The notes below the pieces were generated by a model. That model saw only the letters and a list, made by a program, of their open reading frames with translations, did not search any database and had not been told where the DNA came from. Shown here one piece after another: positions 25,561-41,152 of a stretch of DNA of 64,000 bases; the stretch's first letter is position 1; each line of letters starts with the position of its first letter. The DNA comes from the human T2T-CHM13v2.0 reference genome, Homo sapiens. The DNA lies in NCBI RefSeq assembly GCF_009914755.1, contig NC_060945.1. One strand, given 5' to 3'. The position numbers and the translations under genes were made by a program.

Positions 25561-28500
25561 CTCTTTTCTATGTAGATAGTTTATATATTATGTATATAAA
25601 GTTTAAAAAATTAAATATATGCTTGCATAAGTTTAAAAAGACATATCTTTTAAAAATATATGAATATTTATATATGTTTACATATATTTTTAAATAAAGT
25701 ACATATCTTGTAATTAAGCAGAGGATAAACATAAAAATAAATCCTTCATTATGGCACCTCTGATTTGGATGATAAATAATATGGGAATTCATTTTAGAGA
25801 GGCGAATATCGTTACCAAATATTAATTTCATTATGTTTTATTTATTTATTTGTCTGTGGTTTTTTTAGTGCTGATTGCCAGATTAGAAGTTGATTGGATT
25901 CAATGCTTTATCCCGGCGAGTTAAAATCCAAATATCTATACATCCCAGGTTTCAATCCTTCTGGTAATTTGTCTCTTCTAAACTCCTGCTATTTGAATTA
26001 AAATATCTTAACTGCTCTCCATAGTCTGATCTTTGACAGACTAACAAATGCCGTGCTCTTAAATTATTCCTGGCACACAGCTTCTGCGACCTCCCTCATG
26101 CTCAACCCAATCTTCACTTCAGGTCACCCTTATAGAGTCCACCACAAAATTAGGATGGATGTCTACTTGAAAAAATTGAACATCACATAGAGTGGCAAGA
26201 TGAAGAAAGATGCCAGGTAGCAAATGGCATGTGTTTAACACAGTCATGTGCAAATAGCAGGTGTTCGGCGAATGCTCACAGAATAAATGAAAGGCTGAAT
26301 CTGAAGCACTAACTGGAAATTGAGAAATTATTATTCCAAATAATAGGGATGTCAGTGTGTTTAAAGACATATGTAATATCATTCAAAAGCAAATATATTC
26401 CACATAGACACATTCTTATTTTGATCTTCATAAAGTGCCCTACATCATTTTATGTGATTCTCTAATACATTTATTACCTTTCTGGTTATTTATGTGGCTC
26501 ACTTTCTTGTTATTTTCCTGGCTAAAATACATTTAAAGCTTAAAATATAGCATTTCTAGTGATCATTGCATGATCACTTCTGTTTTTTACACTGCATTTT
26601 CAAGCAGCTCTTAGCATACACTATAAAAATACTCACATTTCAAGTATTTCTAATGGAGTTTATCTTAAGTATAGCAGTTCCCCTCTTGAGGATTATAACA
26701 CTAAGTGATTTAATTAAACTGATCAAATTAAAGTGAATGGTGGCATAAGCCCTAGAGTGACATATATTTCAGTTGTGAAAACAGCCACTGGAGTGCTTTA
26801 CTTACACTCTCCATTTGACATACTTTCAGATCTTACTTTCTAATAGAGTATTCAACTATACCAAATAAAAGGAATGCTGACAATTTGAACTATTTTTGTT
26901 AATTTAATATGTATTTCTTTATTGCTAAATGAATTTATTTATAATTATTGTTCTATTGCCCTAAGTTACAACATTTATACGTTGAATACCTAAATGCATA
27001 CATGACTTTAAAAAGTTGAGAAAAAATTTCCAAGTGCTGAAGATGATGTATTTTGTTTAGTTTCAAGTATATTGTGAAGGAACATATCTACTTAAGAGAT
27101 ATGTTAATGTCCATTGGATGCTTGGGAGAGAATGTCTAGATCTTGCTGTAAAATATATTAAGTGATGATAAAATAATTGGTTACCTTCCAAATCTTAAAC
27201 ATATCAAAGGCATTAGAGCTCGGACTTTATTCTCTTCCCAATTTTTTGAGATTGAAATTGGTGCAGATGCTGTTATCTTGCCTGTGTTTAATATTTAATT
27301 TAGTTTTTTTCCTTAAAGTTTGAATATGTAATATTTGAGAAAACACATGATTCATACAACTGTGAAATAATTCTATCTTTTATAGTAAGTATTTAAACAA
27401 GCTGCACTATTAACTTTTCCATAAATGTAAACCACGTTTTTTGCATTGGATCTTCATATTACAGTCTTCTACCTATATTGTGTGTACTGAGTATATAAAT
27501 TATAAGCAGTATAAATATCATTTCTAATATCTATAACTTTCACGGAAATTGTACTAGGCTGCAGATAGGAAGACTGCTTTTATTTTCTGGCTTAGCTTCA
27601 AGAACTAAATGCCTGTATAACTAGAAAAAGTCGTTATGCTTTCTTTTCTCAATTTCTTCATATATTGAACTAGGAGAGTAAGGGCAGGAAGGATGCATTA
27701 AAAAAACGCAAACAGGGAGGACAATGACCACCAAGCACCCTAGAAAATGACAGAGGAGGAAATAAAATAACAAAAATTAAAGTAAATATCTGAATTATGA
27801 CATAGTATTACAGTGAATGTTGATGCTGATGAAGCTATTGTTATGAATTTTGCAGATTATTTACAAAACATTTGCATTCATTCTCTACTACTTTTTCATA
27901 GATGTCTATGACATAACCAAAGAAGAAATGTATTAACCTCATTTTAGAAAGGGGGATAATATCAGTTTGAAAAGTGAAACCACATATTAAGTTGTAAGCT
28001 AGAGATTGGATAACAGATTTTTATAGTACAAAGGCTGTTTGAATTGCTCATTCTCGTTATCTGATTAATCCGGTATAATTGAAGATCATCTGGTTTATTC
28101 ACATAAGCAGAGGATAGTCTTTCTCTGTGTGCATGGCTGAAGAACTTCAACCTGCCTGTGATGTAAATGCCAGGTGAGTCTTGTAGATGCTGGGGTGATG
28201 AATGTGTGAGGTACCCTACCTACAGCAGAGGTAAGAAAAAACTTCTGAGACAACAAAGTAACTGTCATTCCAGCACCTGAAAGACAGGAGCAATGTTTGA
28301 AGTGATGGGCCACATATTAGGTTAGATAGGAAATAAATTGGTTTCTAAAAGTAGTAAATAGACCAAAAGTGAAGGAAGAGACAGAAGACTTGGAAATTCC
28401 AATGAAATTATAAAGTAGTTATAGTGAAAATAGCAGAAAGAAAAAATTGGAAAGATATGATTACTAGCAAATAATGGGATATTGATCTTTAGGAATGATC

Positions 28501-28809
28501 ACTATATGGGCACACCCATCCACAGAACAAAGTGATTGCTTCACCCCATGATGTGAGAAAAATTGCAGTGGGTGCTTTATTTTTCTTTCTTTCTTTTTCT
28601 TTTTTCTTTTTCGTTTTTTTGATTGTGTGTGTGTGCGTGCATGTCTTAATAGCAGGTGGTGTATTTTTAAGTTATTTGTAAAAGCTATGTGAAAGCAGCA
28701 TTTATGTGAAATTGGTAAATATACATAATGTGAGATAGGTTGGTAAGAAACTGAAATCTTTAAATTGCAGCACCCTCTTCCATCCAGCCAAGGTAGAAAT
28801 TTCTACTTC

Positions 28810-29340
28810 CATGCACTCAATTACTATGTCTTCCAGATTTTGATTTGTAAACATTTCCAGAATCTGTTCACTTTTCTCAATTCCGGAGTAAACTACCACG
28901 ATCTCTCACTGAGATAATCACCTTTCTACCTGGCTTAACTGCCTGTAATCTTGCCCTCTTCCATTTACATGTTCCATATGCAGGAAAGGTCTTCATCCAA
29001 AAATGAGAGAGTAAGTTTGATATATCACTATATTGTTCAAAAATTTTATTCACCCATTTTCTTTAATATAAAAGCATGCACTCTTCCACGTGGATTTACA
29101 AGGCCCTCCATATTAGCCTGTATCATCACCCTCTTCTAACTATTGCCTTCCTTACATTCTTTACTAGACTGTGAACCTTCCAGTTTCTTGAATATGCCAT
29201 ACTCTCACTTACCTCACAATATGCTCATATGCATGAACAATATGCTCCTGTGCATGGAACTTTTTTTAATGATATGCTCCCTGTAAACCTTAAAATACCT
29301 AAGCTTCCTCACAGAACTCTTCCCTGGATGCTGGACTAAC
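28810..29340 (+). mobile_element. L2 fragment
   Basis: aacatttccagaatctgttcacttttctc...atctctcactgag..., an L2-like pyrimidine-rich 3' region. Confidence 0.55.
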
Positions 29341-30899
29341 TTAATTACAGTAATTTATTTTCCCACAAGGTGTTGTATATTTCCTTTTATAAACCCCATC
29401 AGAAATTTTTGACTTAACACTTCTATCAAATATATTGTTAATTTTTTGCATATTTAAACTATGTTGTCTTTTTTTGTTATCATTGTCAAGTTGTCATATT
29501 AGAATTTCAGTATCTTTATAAACTTGTTTTAAACTCCGGAAACAGCACAAAACTATATCCACTGGATATATTTCCCTAATCTCTTGAGACACTAGGAAAC
29601 CACGGAGCTGAGATTCATGCTAATGTTAATGTGTCATCATGAGCAATGTTCTTTCCATAACAGTGTGTTGTTTCCCAACCCAAAGCATTTAAAGAAAGAT
29701 AAAAAGAAAACAGATAAGCAGGAACACCTTCTCAACATAGAAATTATAGGGGACAATGAAGACTTGGTCTTGTATAACTACATGCCTTGCTTCCAAAGTT
29801 CTTATGATGAATGTAGCTGTCCACTCAATGACAAAATATTCAAACTTAAGTCTTTTCTTTCAGGTTTTGCTATCTTTTTTAGGCTCTTTTTTTTTTCCAT
29901 GTCAGATGTTTTAGGATGTTTAAATAAAAGAGAAAGATATCTGAAAAGTCTTGAAGTACAATATAATTAATGAAGTCCTTAATGAGTTAAGTTTTTACAA
30001 CTGTGGATTCCTGCGACACCCTATTGAAATACCCAATTAAAAGATAATTAGGATAAATTATGGTGAGAAAGGAGATAACCTTACATCTTCAAGTAAAGAC
30101 CTTCTTGCTTCACATAAAACTTTCAGGGTGACTCTTACAGCTTCTTCCAAAGAACAGAAATTAAGTACAAGGATGAGATCCATTTTAATATTAACAAATT
30201 TAATTTAAAATACACCATTTTAAAACTAATGTGATTAGAAATATATTTTACAAGGTTATATGTTAATAAAATTTCTTGAAATGAAGTAGAAGTTATCTGT
30301 CACGTGTTTTCTCAGTATTCACACGAACAATTCATTACAATTTTATAGTAGTCATAGCTGATGCATTCACTCATTTATGTATTGGGTGTCAGCTATGAAC
30401 CATGGCAAGACCAAGACCTCTGTGCACAATATAAATTTAAATTTGGTCTTTTTTAAAAATACATATGTATCAAAATTTTTCTCATTTCTTTTCTAACCAT
30501 TTTTAACAAGACCACACTGTGGGAATAAATTATCTAAATATAACTAGCCATGAGAGACATCAGTTATTTGGAATTGTGTTAGATATAATTTTTTAAATTC
30601 TTAATTACATCAACCGCTAAGTAAAACTCCAATATGAATTTTAGTAGCTGAAATTATTAATAGCACACTTCTAAATCATTAAAAACAAGGAAAGAAATGT
30701 ATCTTTGTATAATATATTCATGCCTACAAATTTATGATGTCTTATATTCATTCATAATAAATAATCAGGCAAATCAAATAAAATAAGTTTAGGCCTGAGT
30801 ATATTCATATGTGCTTATGTATATATGTGTTTTTATATGTATATGTGTATATATGTGTGTTTTTGTAAATGTATGCATTTATATTCAGTATGTAATAAT

Positions 30900-31115
30900 A
30901 AATCCAGATGATTTACATTCAAATCCTGGCTCATTTACTATCTTAGTGACTTTACACAAGTTGCTGACATGCTTTGTTCTCATTTCTCTTTAAAATAAAA
31001 ATAATACTAATTCTTACCCGGGAGAGTTGTTGTAACAATTAAATGAATAGATATATTAAAGTAATTAGAATAATGTCTGGTACACAGCAAGCATTCTAAA
31101 TATTGGCAATTATAT
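30900..31115 (+). mobile_element. MIR
   Basis: ttcaaatcctggctc...gtgacttt..caagtt...gagttgttgtaacaattaaatga...tgtctggtacacagcaagc. Confidence 0.8.
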
Positions 31116-32019
31116 TGTGTGTATTTTACTATGGCTGGACATGTGTTCACACCCAATGGTGACAGGGAGATGGAGAAGGAATGCTTTTTATAGATCTGAA
31201 ATTCTCAAGTCTTTATGATATTGAGAAAAAATATCCCCAGGTATCATCCAAAGTTTTGTCTTAAGTTATTTAATAAACTGGCTTGTTTTAAGTAGAATTT
31301 GTGTCCAAAATCAATCATAATCAAAATTAGGAATTTTAGGAAATTTGATTGTTTTACAAAACAGATTTCATAGATGTTTATATATAAGATGGTGTGCCAG
31401 ATCAACTGCTACTTGCTTTTTCTCCCCCCACTTTCATGTTCTTTTCTACTGACTGAGAGACTTTTTCTTGTAACTGAAATTTTAAAATCATCTTTAGATT
31501 ATTATAATCCTCAATCAATTTGTCTCTGAAATTCTGTTGGAAAGTCTTATTTACTCTCTGGTAGTTGTACTCATCTTCTTCCATTGTTGTCACATTTTTA
31601 GCTAGGCATATGGCCATCGATAATAAATATTTTTTTTTCCCAACCTTCCTTGCATCCAGGCATATCCATATTACTAGCTCAGGCCAATAATATGTAAATG
31701 GTCATCTGGCATCTGGCCATCTGGCAGCACTTGAGAGATGCTCTAATGAGTGAGTTGAGACATATTCTTCACAGTCCTTTTCATCTCCTCATCTTTCTTG
31801 CTTCCAGAAGAACATATATGAGAGCTGTCAGCACAGACTATTGAGGCTGAGAGCCACAGAGTAATTAAGTGTGTGAAGTGTCTTACTGTAGGCAAAGTGC
31901 TAGATAAAATGAAAAAAAAAATAGCAGAGCATATTTTACCTAGTCTAGGAGCTGATTGATCTCTTAGCCAAGGAAATTATTTTAGCTAAGGAAAGAAAAA
32001 TCAATATTAGCCTTGTGGT

Positions 32020-32330
32020 ATTTACTCTGCCTGTTGTCTCTGCTGGAATGCTTTTCTTCCAAATATTCTCATGGCTAACTCCTTCACGTATTTTTAAATT
32101 ATAACCTAAGACACTCTAGTACTCCTGTTTCCTTTAACTAGTCCTACTCTGCCCCTTTCTTATTGTACTTATTACCTTCTAAAACATTATTTAATTTATT
32201 TATGTGTCATGATTATTGCACCTATCCCATTGAGATCTAAGTTCCGTGAGGTAAGATTTTTCTTTCTTTTGTTCATTGATGTGTTTCACATGCCTAGCAC
32301 AGGATATAAGACAGAAGCTTCAATTAATAG
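32020..32330 (+). mobile_element. L2 3' end
   Basis: ctctgctggaatgcttttcttcc...ctaagttccgtgagg...tttgttcattgatgt...gcctagcacag. Confidence 0.7.
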
Positions 32331-33082
32331 TTTTTAAAAGGGAGGGAAAGTAGTCAATCTCGATAGAGAAATATGTGTATAAAGACAACGAGTTAAAAAT
32401 ATTTTACAAGGACATATAATTAATCCTAGAATGGCTGCAACATACAAAGAAAATAGAAGAGCAATATGAGCTGAAACTTGAGATATTGGGAAGTTCAAAT
32501 AATGGAGAAATTTCTAGGTCTTCGCAAGATTCAGGGCTTTTAAGTAACATTAAAAGCCAATGGGGGAAGAATAATGTTTGGACTATTGGCGTGAAAACAA
32601 CTGAATTGATAAATAGGATTTACTTAATAAGGAGAGAACTGTAGACAATGGATAAGTATGCATGGTGGTAAAGAAGAGTTCAATTCAACTGTGGACTGGC
32701 TCAGCTACAGTGTGAAACTGCAGGTGTCAAGGGAGTAGGGGTGCAAAAAGGCCAGAAGTAGAGGTAGTTATCAGAGAATAGAATGTATGAACTAATGATT
32801 TCGGTAACTTCAAATTTCAAGTGATGGCATTGTCCAGGGTTTGGCTCTGGAATGGGGAATGTGGCTGAAGTGAAGGGAAGGAATTTGTGGGAGGGAAGCG
32901 CCAGTGGGAAGTCAAAGAAGTGGGAGATGACTGTGTAAGCTGAATCTTGGGCATTTAAGTAACACACTATTTTTAAGGAAATGACTGGTACAGGCAATAA
33001 AGACCCAATACATTAAATAAATAGGGGGAAAAGTGGCCTTATTCAAAGTCTCTGAGTGGATATGAAAAACAAAATACATCAA

Positions 33083-33355
33083 GCCTGTAGTCCCAGCACT
33101 TTGGGAGACTGAGACGGGTAGATCACCTGAGGTCAGGAGTTCAAGACCAGCATGGGCAACATGGCAAAATTCTGTCTCTACTAAAAATACAAAATTAGCC
33201 AGGTGTGGTGGCCGGTGCCTGTAATCCAGCTGCTTGGGAGACTGAGGCAGGAGAATCGTTGAACCACAGAGGCAGAGGTTGCAGTGAGCCAAGATCACAC
33301 TACTGCACTCCAGCCTAGAGGACAAGAGAGAAACTCCATCTGAAAAAAAAATAAA
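33083..33355 (+). mobile_element. AluS lacking its first ~20 nt
   Basis: gcctgtagtcccagcactttgggag...gatcacctgaggtcaggag...gcactccagcct, then an A tail. Confidence 0.95.
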
Positions 33356-33849
33356 GATGTTTGAAAAGATCAGTTTTAGGGGAAAAACAAAACAAAAACA
33401 AAAAACAAAAAAAACGCACACAGAAAATAGAATGAAAACCTGAAAACAGTTTTATAATTTGAAGAAAATTACAATCCATCACATTTTATGAAACAAGATA
33501 TCAATAGTAGGTTACTGGAACAATCCAGTGAGATGGAAAAGGAACTTGTGAATGCCACAGAAGTACATTTAGGAAAGAAAATGCCATACTGAACAAGAAC
33601 AGGCAGAATCATCAGGAGAGAAAAGTAATCACCGACAAGAAGAAGATTGATAATTTTTACCACAGAATTTTAACATTGCCATTGTCTCCACTTTCCAGAG
33701 GAAGAAACCAAAGTCCAAACAAGAAAAGGAGTGAACAGCAAGTAAATCACAGAGCTCTCCTTCTTACCTGGCTAAGTATCCATTTTTAATTCAAGTAAAG
33801 TAGCCTTAAGCTTCCCTGTTAAATCACGCGGTTTGGTGTTCATGCTTCT

Positions 33850-33965
33850 CTTAATTAGTAACATTCTCTAGGGATTATGGTGAGAATGCAATAAACTAAA
33901 ATATGCGAAGCACTTAGAAAGCGACTCACATAGCAGTCAGTGATAAATGATAGTGGATATTATCA
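33850..33965 (+). mobile_element. MIR 3' fragment
   Basis: tagggattatggtgagaat...gcgaagcacttagaa...cacatag. Confidence 0.6.
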
Positions 33966-34199
33966 TTTTTGTTGCCATTAATTTACTACTATTGTTATTA
34001 GTGAGTCTCTGTTAAAAACTCTCTCTTAAAAACCCAGTTTATAATCAGTAAAATGAGAAAACAATGCATATTTTTGGTAAATGAGGGAATAAAGCCCACC
34101 TTGAAAAATCGTAGTAAAGATTAAGTGTGATAATGGATGAGAATGTTCTGAAAAGCACTTAACTTGGGAGGTTGAACTACTTGGTAAAATGTTTGAATC

Positions 34200-34450
34200 T
34201 CATGCAGTTGAATGTATGCTCTCCTTAGAATAATATTTCTGGATTCTTCACTATGTAGTCTACACCTCTCTATTCTGTTGTAAAATACAATTCCAAGGCT
34301 TGAATACAATATTTCAGAAGCTGCTGGCATGGACATTGCTTGCGCTTGATCTCATCTCTATTTCCTACTGCAGTTTCACACTACATTTAGCAGCCACAGC
34401 ATTTTGGTTTCATATTGAAGTCATGCTCAATTAAAACTACCTGGTCTCTT
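34200..34450 (-). mobile_element. Possible L3/CR1 fragment
   Basis: gcagccacagcattttggtttcatattgaagtc...aattaaaactacctggtctc resembles antisense L3; weak. Confidence 0.35.
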
Positions 34451-34959
34451 TTTTTTTTTCTCATAAACGTTTTGTCTCTCTTTTCCTCTGCCTGATGTTT
34501 GCTAAGACTATTACAAAGGAAATCTTACAGAAGCTTGTACTGAAACATACTGGACAAATTATTTTCACTACATAAAGTAAATTGATGATACGTGAGGTGT
34601 GTACTTGTTTTTGACCAGAGTTAACACCAGGTTGAAATGTAGACTCTGCTTATCTTTGGTGATTCCTATTCTGTGTTCATTCCTAATACTCCATCGACAA
34701 AGCTAAGTCATTTCTCACTTGCAGCTGTTAAGGCCATGTGGCTACCTTTCTGATTCTTTTCCATGGACTCATCTTTACCTTCACTGGAAGAAACATCTCA
34801 TACTAAATTGTATACTTAAAAATAACATTAGAAACTGTACATCTAAAAGCATCTTACGAATGGAAAGAATATGTTTTCCTTAAAGTGACTTCATAGAAGG
34901 ATTTAGGTTATTAGTAAATTAACTCTTTTTATTATTAGAAAATGAAAATATATACTGTG

Positions 34960-35490
<531 letters not shown>

Positions 35491-36167
35491 ATAAAATTTA
35501 TATAATTATTAGTGTCTGAAGTATTATGCATGCCATAGTTTTATGTGACTCAAATATTATTATTTTCTTCTTAATATCACTAATTTAATATTGAAGGAGA
35601 AGTTTTAGTAATATTTTTACTGGCAATTTTTAAAATAAGTAAGTTCTTTTGAATGCTCTGTAGAGTTATGGAAAGTAGCATTGCACACTCTAAGGAATAT
35701 TTGTAATTTCTAGGTCAGAAAGAAATTAAGGGAGGGCTTAGTGCCCACAGTTGTCCTTACATAACTTCTCTGTCTTCTCAACAGCTTTGATCAGTCACGC
35801 ATCAATTTGCCTTTGAAGGAAGAGGAAAGAGTTTGCATTTTACAATGAGAACATATCAGCACTTATATTTAATTTACAAAGTGAAGCTTTAAATATTTTT
35901 AAATGAAACTGAGAGTAATCTGATTGAAAAAGCATCTTCTGACATTTCACTTTCTGCAAATGCACATTCATCGTGGTGATGGATGGCTTGCTTGAAATGA
36001 TAACTAATTTGGATTTCAGTTGGAAAGAATACTGCTAACTCCACTAAAAGTATCACTTATATGTTCTCTATTCCTCTTCTCTCATTTCTTTATACATTAC
36101 AAAATACATAACATTTTCTGACCAGAAACTAGCATTGCTTAGACAAAAAAATTCAATTATAACATAA

Positions 36168-36507
<340 letters not shown>

Positions 36508-36766
36508 CAGTTTTCTTGATTGTGGTATTTGAGTGTACACTAGAAGGGTAATAGGCAAATTTATATCCCAGTCATTTTGTGAGGGAATTTCAAAGCTTCC
36601 CTGTTATTTTCAGCTTGAAATTTGTTCCTCACATCTAAAGTAAGAAGAACATAAAATATATTTTCCCTGGTGAAAACTTTCCCCATTCTGAGTTTCAGTG
36701 AACATTGATGTCCTCAGTAGAGGCTCAATAAATACAATTAGGATGAAAGAAATCTGAACATGATAG

Positions 36767-37157
<391 letters not shown>

Positions 37158-37464
37158 CTTTTTTTGTTCTTATCTTTCCTTTTCTTTTTTAAACAGCAAG
37201 GCCTACTGCCTTTTCTCCTAGTGTTTTGACTTTATTTAGTTTTGATTTATTTTATTAGGGATATAAGTGTAAGTAATTCTACAATCTCTAGAATGTATAT
37301 GATACATAGTATTTTTATAGTTGATGTCTAGAGTCTACTTTCTTGCAGTGGTTTCAGCCCAGTGAATGTAGGTTACTGTCATTACAGACTCATGGCATTT
37401 ATGCTAAGACACAGAAGGTGTAACATGTATACATTACTACATGGCAAGTATAATGAATGATATT

Positions 37465-37832
37465 GGTACCTGTCCCACTCCCCGTCTCCCAGCTGCTGTA
37501 AGAGTTGACTGATAACAGCTCACAGATTCTCCCTTGTATGAAGGGTTGCCCTTGGCCAGATTGGAGATACTTGACCAGAAAACTACAGCTTCCCGAAAAC
37601 CCTCCTGTAGACCTGCTTTGCATTGGAATACGAGACTGTTCTCTTGCCTCCAGGTGGGACTGTCTTATCTCTCAGGTGCTGGTGAGATCCCAAGACTACA
37701 CCATTGTTTAGCATTCTTATATTCTTCATAGCTGTGTCCCTCACATCTCTTCTGCTGAGAGTACTCCATCAGTAAGACATTGAACAAAATTCCTTATCTC
37801 AGGTCAGCCTCTACAAAACCCAACCTGAGCTA
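37465..37832 (+). mobile_element. ERVL LTR16-like LTR
   Basis: cccagctgctgtaagagttgactgataacagctcacag...aaaactacagcttccc...tatctcaggtcagcctcta..aacccaacctgag. Confidence 0.5.
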
Positions 37833-38454
37833 GCAAGTGACACATCCTGAGTTCTGATCATGGAAATATATTCTACTTAGGTTCACCATCTTTCTAACTT
37901 TTTACATTTTATTTTTATTTACAATCACATATTCATGCAGAATGTTATACTAAATTCATACTCATATTCTCATTGAATGTTAAATTAAAATCACAATATT
38001 TTTAAAAGATAATTTTTAAACTTCTTTACACATACAATTTATTTTCTCTGTCTCTGGCCACCACTCTAACACTCTAAAACAAACAAAATATCATGGAATA
38101 TTCTAAAAAATTAATTTCTGAAGCATTAATATAAATAACTTAATTAAAAAGAAAACATTTCTAAAACTTAAAATCTTTTTTTTTAATCATAGAAAGTGGG
38201 ACTAAAATAATGAAGAACATAGATCTCTAGTACTTATCTATCATAAAGGCATAGGCTTACAACACATTCTCCATATGTGGCATTTCTCCATTCCAAGTTT
38301 TACACTAGAACTCTAAATCCTAGAATTCAACTTGCATACCAAGAACCACACTATTGAGATGAGTTCCAAAATGGGTTTTGAGTAGATTTGAATCGAAGAT
38401 AATGGAGAAAGAGACAATCATTTTTACAGTGCAATATCAGCATTTTAAAAATTA

Positions 38455-38911
38455 TTATTGTTTTTTAACTTTGATTTTAAGTTCAGGGGTGCATGTGCAG
38501 GTTTTTACATAGGTAAATTTGTTTCATGCAGGTTTGTTGTGCAGATTATTTCATCACCCAGGTATTAAGCCTCATCCCAATTAGTTATTTTTCCTGATCT
38601 TCTTCCTCCTTCCACCCTCCACCCTCCACCCTCCAAAAGACCCCAGTGTGTGTTATTCCCCTCTATATGTCCATGTGTTCTCATTTTGAAGCTCACTACT
38701 TATAAATGAGAACATGTAGTATTTGGTTTTCTGTTCCTGCATTAGTTTGCTAAGGATAAGGGCTTCCAGCTCCATCTATATTCCTGCAAATGGCATGATC
38801 TTATTCTTTTCTATCGCTGCATAGTATTCCATGGTTTTATGCCACATTTTCTTTATCCAGTCTATCATTGACGGGTATTTAGGTTGATTCAATGTCTTTG
38901 CTATTGTGAAT
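38455..38911 (-). mobile_element. 5'-truncated older L1PA 3' end (L1PA13-16-like)
   Basis: ttttaagttcaggggtgcatgtgcagg...atttcatcacccaggtattaagcc...gtctttgctattgtgaat. Confidence 0.9.
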
Positions 38912-39190
38912 TTATCTTAAGCATTAAGAAGGGACCTATCAGCTTCAGTATGACTTTGCATTTCTATGGTTACATATAGATCATGGCTGTCATATTGTAC
39001 TACTTTAAGATATTTAATTTAGAAAGAATACAACATGCAGCTTAGTGCATCTCTTATAAGTAATAGTGATCTTAGCCTGAGCTTTTCAGGTTCTAGAGCT
39101 TTGCAGGAAAAGGAGACTGGAAGGTTTTTGCAATATCACCTATGCACCATGAATTTTTTAAAAAATTATACATTTTTAATACACAAATCA

Positions 39191-39483
39191 TTTTTTTTTT
39201 GAGACGGAGTCACACTCTGTCACCCAGGCTGGAGTGCAGTGGCACAACCTTGGCTCACTGCAACTTCTGCCACTTGGGTTCAAGTGATTCTCTGGCTCAG
39301 TCTCTGGAGTAGCTGGGATTACAGGTGCCTGCCATCACACCAAGCTAATCTTTTTTTGGATTCTTAGTAGAGATGGGGTTTCACTATATTGGCCAGGGTC
39401 ATCTTGAATTCCTGACCTTGTGATCCACCCACCTCGGCCTCCCAGAGTGCTGGGATTACAGGCATGAGCCACCACACTCAGGC
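39191..39483 (-). mobile_element. AluS (Sc/Sg-like)
   Basis: Full antisense Alu; TSD cacaaatcatttttt. Confidence 0.95.
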
Positions 39484-39883
39484 ACAAATCATTTTTTATA
39501 TTTGAAAGAATATAGAATAGACAAATTGCAAACCCGAATTCTCAATCCAAATTTGTAAGATCTTGTACAAGTCAGCTTATATTTCTGATATTTAACTTTC
39601 TCGTTATAAAGTGAAGGACTTACTGTTAAATGTGCAGGAGAACACATGCATTTAAATTCATTTCCTCTCTTATCTCTACTAAAATGTCACTGAAAAAATT
39701 AACCCATACCCAAACTCCCTAACAAAAATGTAATTCCATGAAGACAAAGAGAATAGGAAAGGAGATGACCCTCTAGAAGGAATGTGATTTAAGTTTTGGT
39801 AGCCGGAACGCTGAGGCACAAGCAGTAAGGAAGTAGACACGAGAAAGCTGTAAATCAGGCTTGAGTGACAAAGGTGGTGAAGT

Positions 39884-40817
39884 CACCCCTGCAGCAAACT
39901 TGTACCTGGACATCCAGACGTTTCCATACATCATCTGAAATCTACATGGAGGTTCCCAAACCTCAATTCTTGACTTCTGTGCACCTGCAGGCTCAACACC
40001 ACATGGAAGGTGCTAATGGTTGGGGCTTGCACCCTCTAAAACCACTGCAAGAGCTGTACCTTGGTTGCTTTTAGCCATGGCTAGAGTGGCTAGGTTGCAG
40101 GGCACCAAGTCCCTAGGCAGCACACAGCAGAGGGGCCTTGGGCCTAGCCCATGAAACCGGTTTTTCCTCCTAGGCCTCCAGGCCTGTGATGGGGGGTGGC
40201 TGCCATAGAGGTCTCTGACCGTGCCCTGGAGACATTATTCCCCATTGTCTTGGCAAATCACATTTGGCTCCTCGTTCTGTATGCAAATTTCTCCAGTAGT
40301 CTCAAATTTCTTCCAGAAAATGGGTTTTTCTTTTCTATTGCCTCGTCAGGCTGCAAATTTTTTCAACTTTTATATTCTGTTTCCCTTTTAAAACTGAATT
40401 CTTTTAACAGCATCCAAGTCACCTCTTGAATGCTTTGCTGCTTATAAATTTCTTCCACCGGATATCCTATGTCATCTCCCTTAAGATCAAAACTCCACAA
40501 ATCTCTAGGGCAGGAGCAAAATGCCACCAATCTCTTTGCTAAAACAGCAAGAGTCACCTTTGCTTCAGTTCCCAACAAGTTCCTCATCTCCATCTGAGAC
40601 CACCTCTGCCTGGATTTCATTTTCTATGCCATTATCAGCGTTTTGGTCAAAGACATTCAACAAGCCTCTAGGAATTTCCAAACTTTCCTACATATCCCTG
40701 TCTTCTTCTCCACCCTCCAAACTGTTCCAATTTCTGTGTGTTACCCAGTTCCAAAATTGTTTCCACATTTTTGGGGTATTTTTGTAGCAGCACCCCACTG
40801 TACCAGTACCAATTTAC
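39884..40817 (-). mobile_element. THE1 internal sequence (truncated)
   Basis: cctggacatccag..gtttccatacatc; cagggcaccaagtccctagg; gagtcacctttgct; contiguous with the LTR. Confidence 0.9.
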
Positions 40818-41152
40818 TGTATTCATCTGTTTTCTTGCTGCTGATGAAGACATACCCGAGATTAGATAATTTATAAAGAAAAAGAGGTTTAATGGACTCA
40901 GTTCCATGTGGCTGGGGAGGCCTCACAATCACAGTGGAAGGCAAAAAGCATGTCTTACATGGTGGCAGACAAGAGAGAATGAGAGAACCAGGTGAAAAGG
41001 ATTTCCCCTTATAAAACCATCATATCTCGTGAGACTTATTCACTACAACAGTGTAGGACAAACTGCCCCCATGATTCAATTATCTCCCACCGGCTCCCTC
41101 CCACAACACAAATCAAGATGAGATTTGGGTGAGACACAGCCAAACGATATCA
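40818..41152 (-). mobile_element. THE1C-like LTR (5' LTR of the element)
   Basis: tgtatt...gctgctgatgaagacatacccgag...gaggcctcacaatca...gagatttgggt..acacagccaaacgatatca. Confidence 0.9.

Noticed and set aside
33761-33770. Strong minus-strand donor CAG|GTAAGA
   Set aside because: There is no convincing matching acceptor or reading frame, and isolated donors are frequent.
39865-40944. Cluster of overlapping ORFs
   Set aside because: All lie within THE1 internal or LTR sequence.
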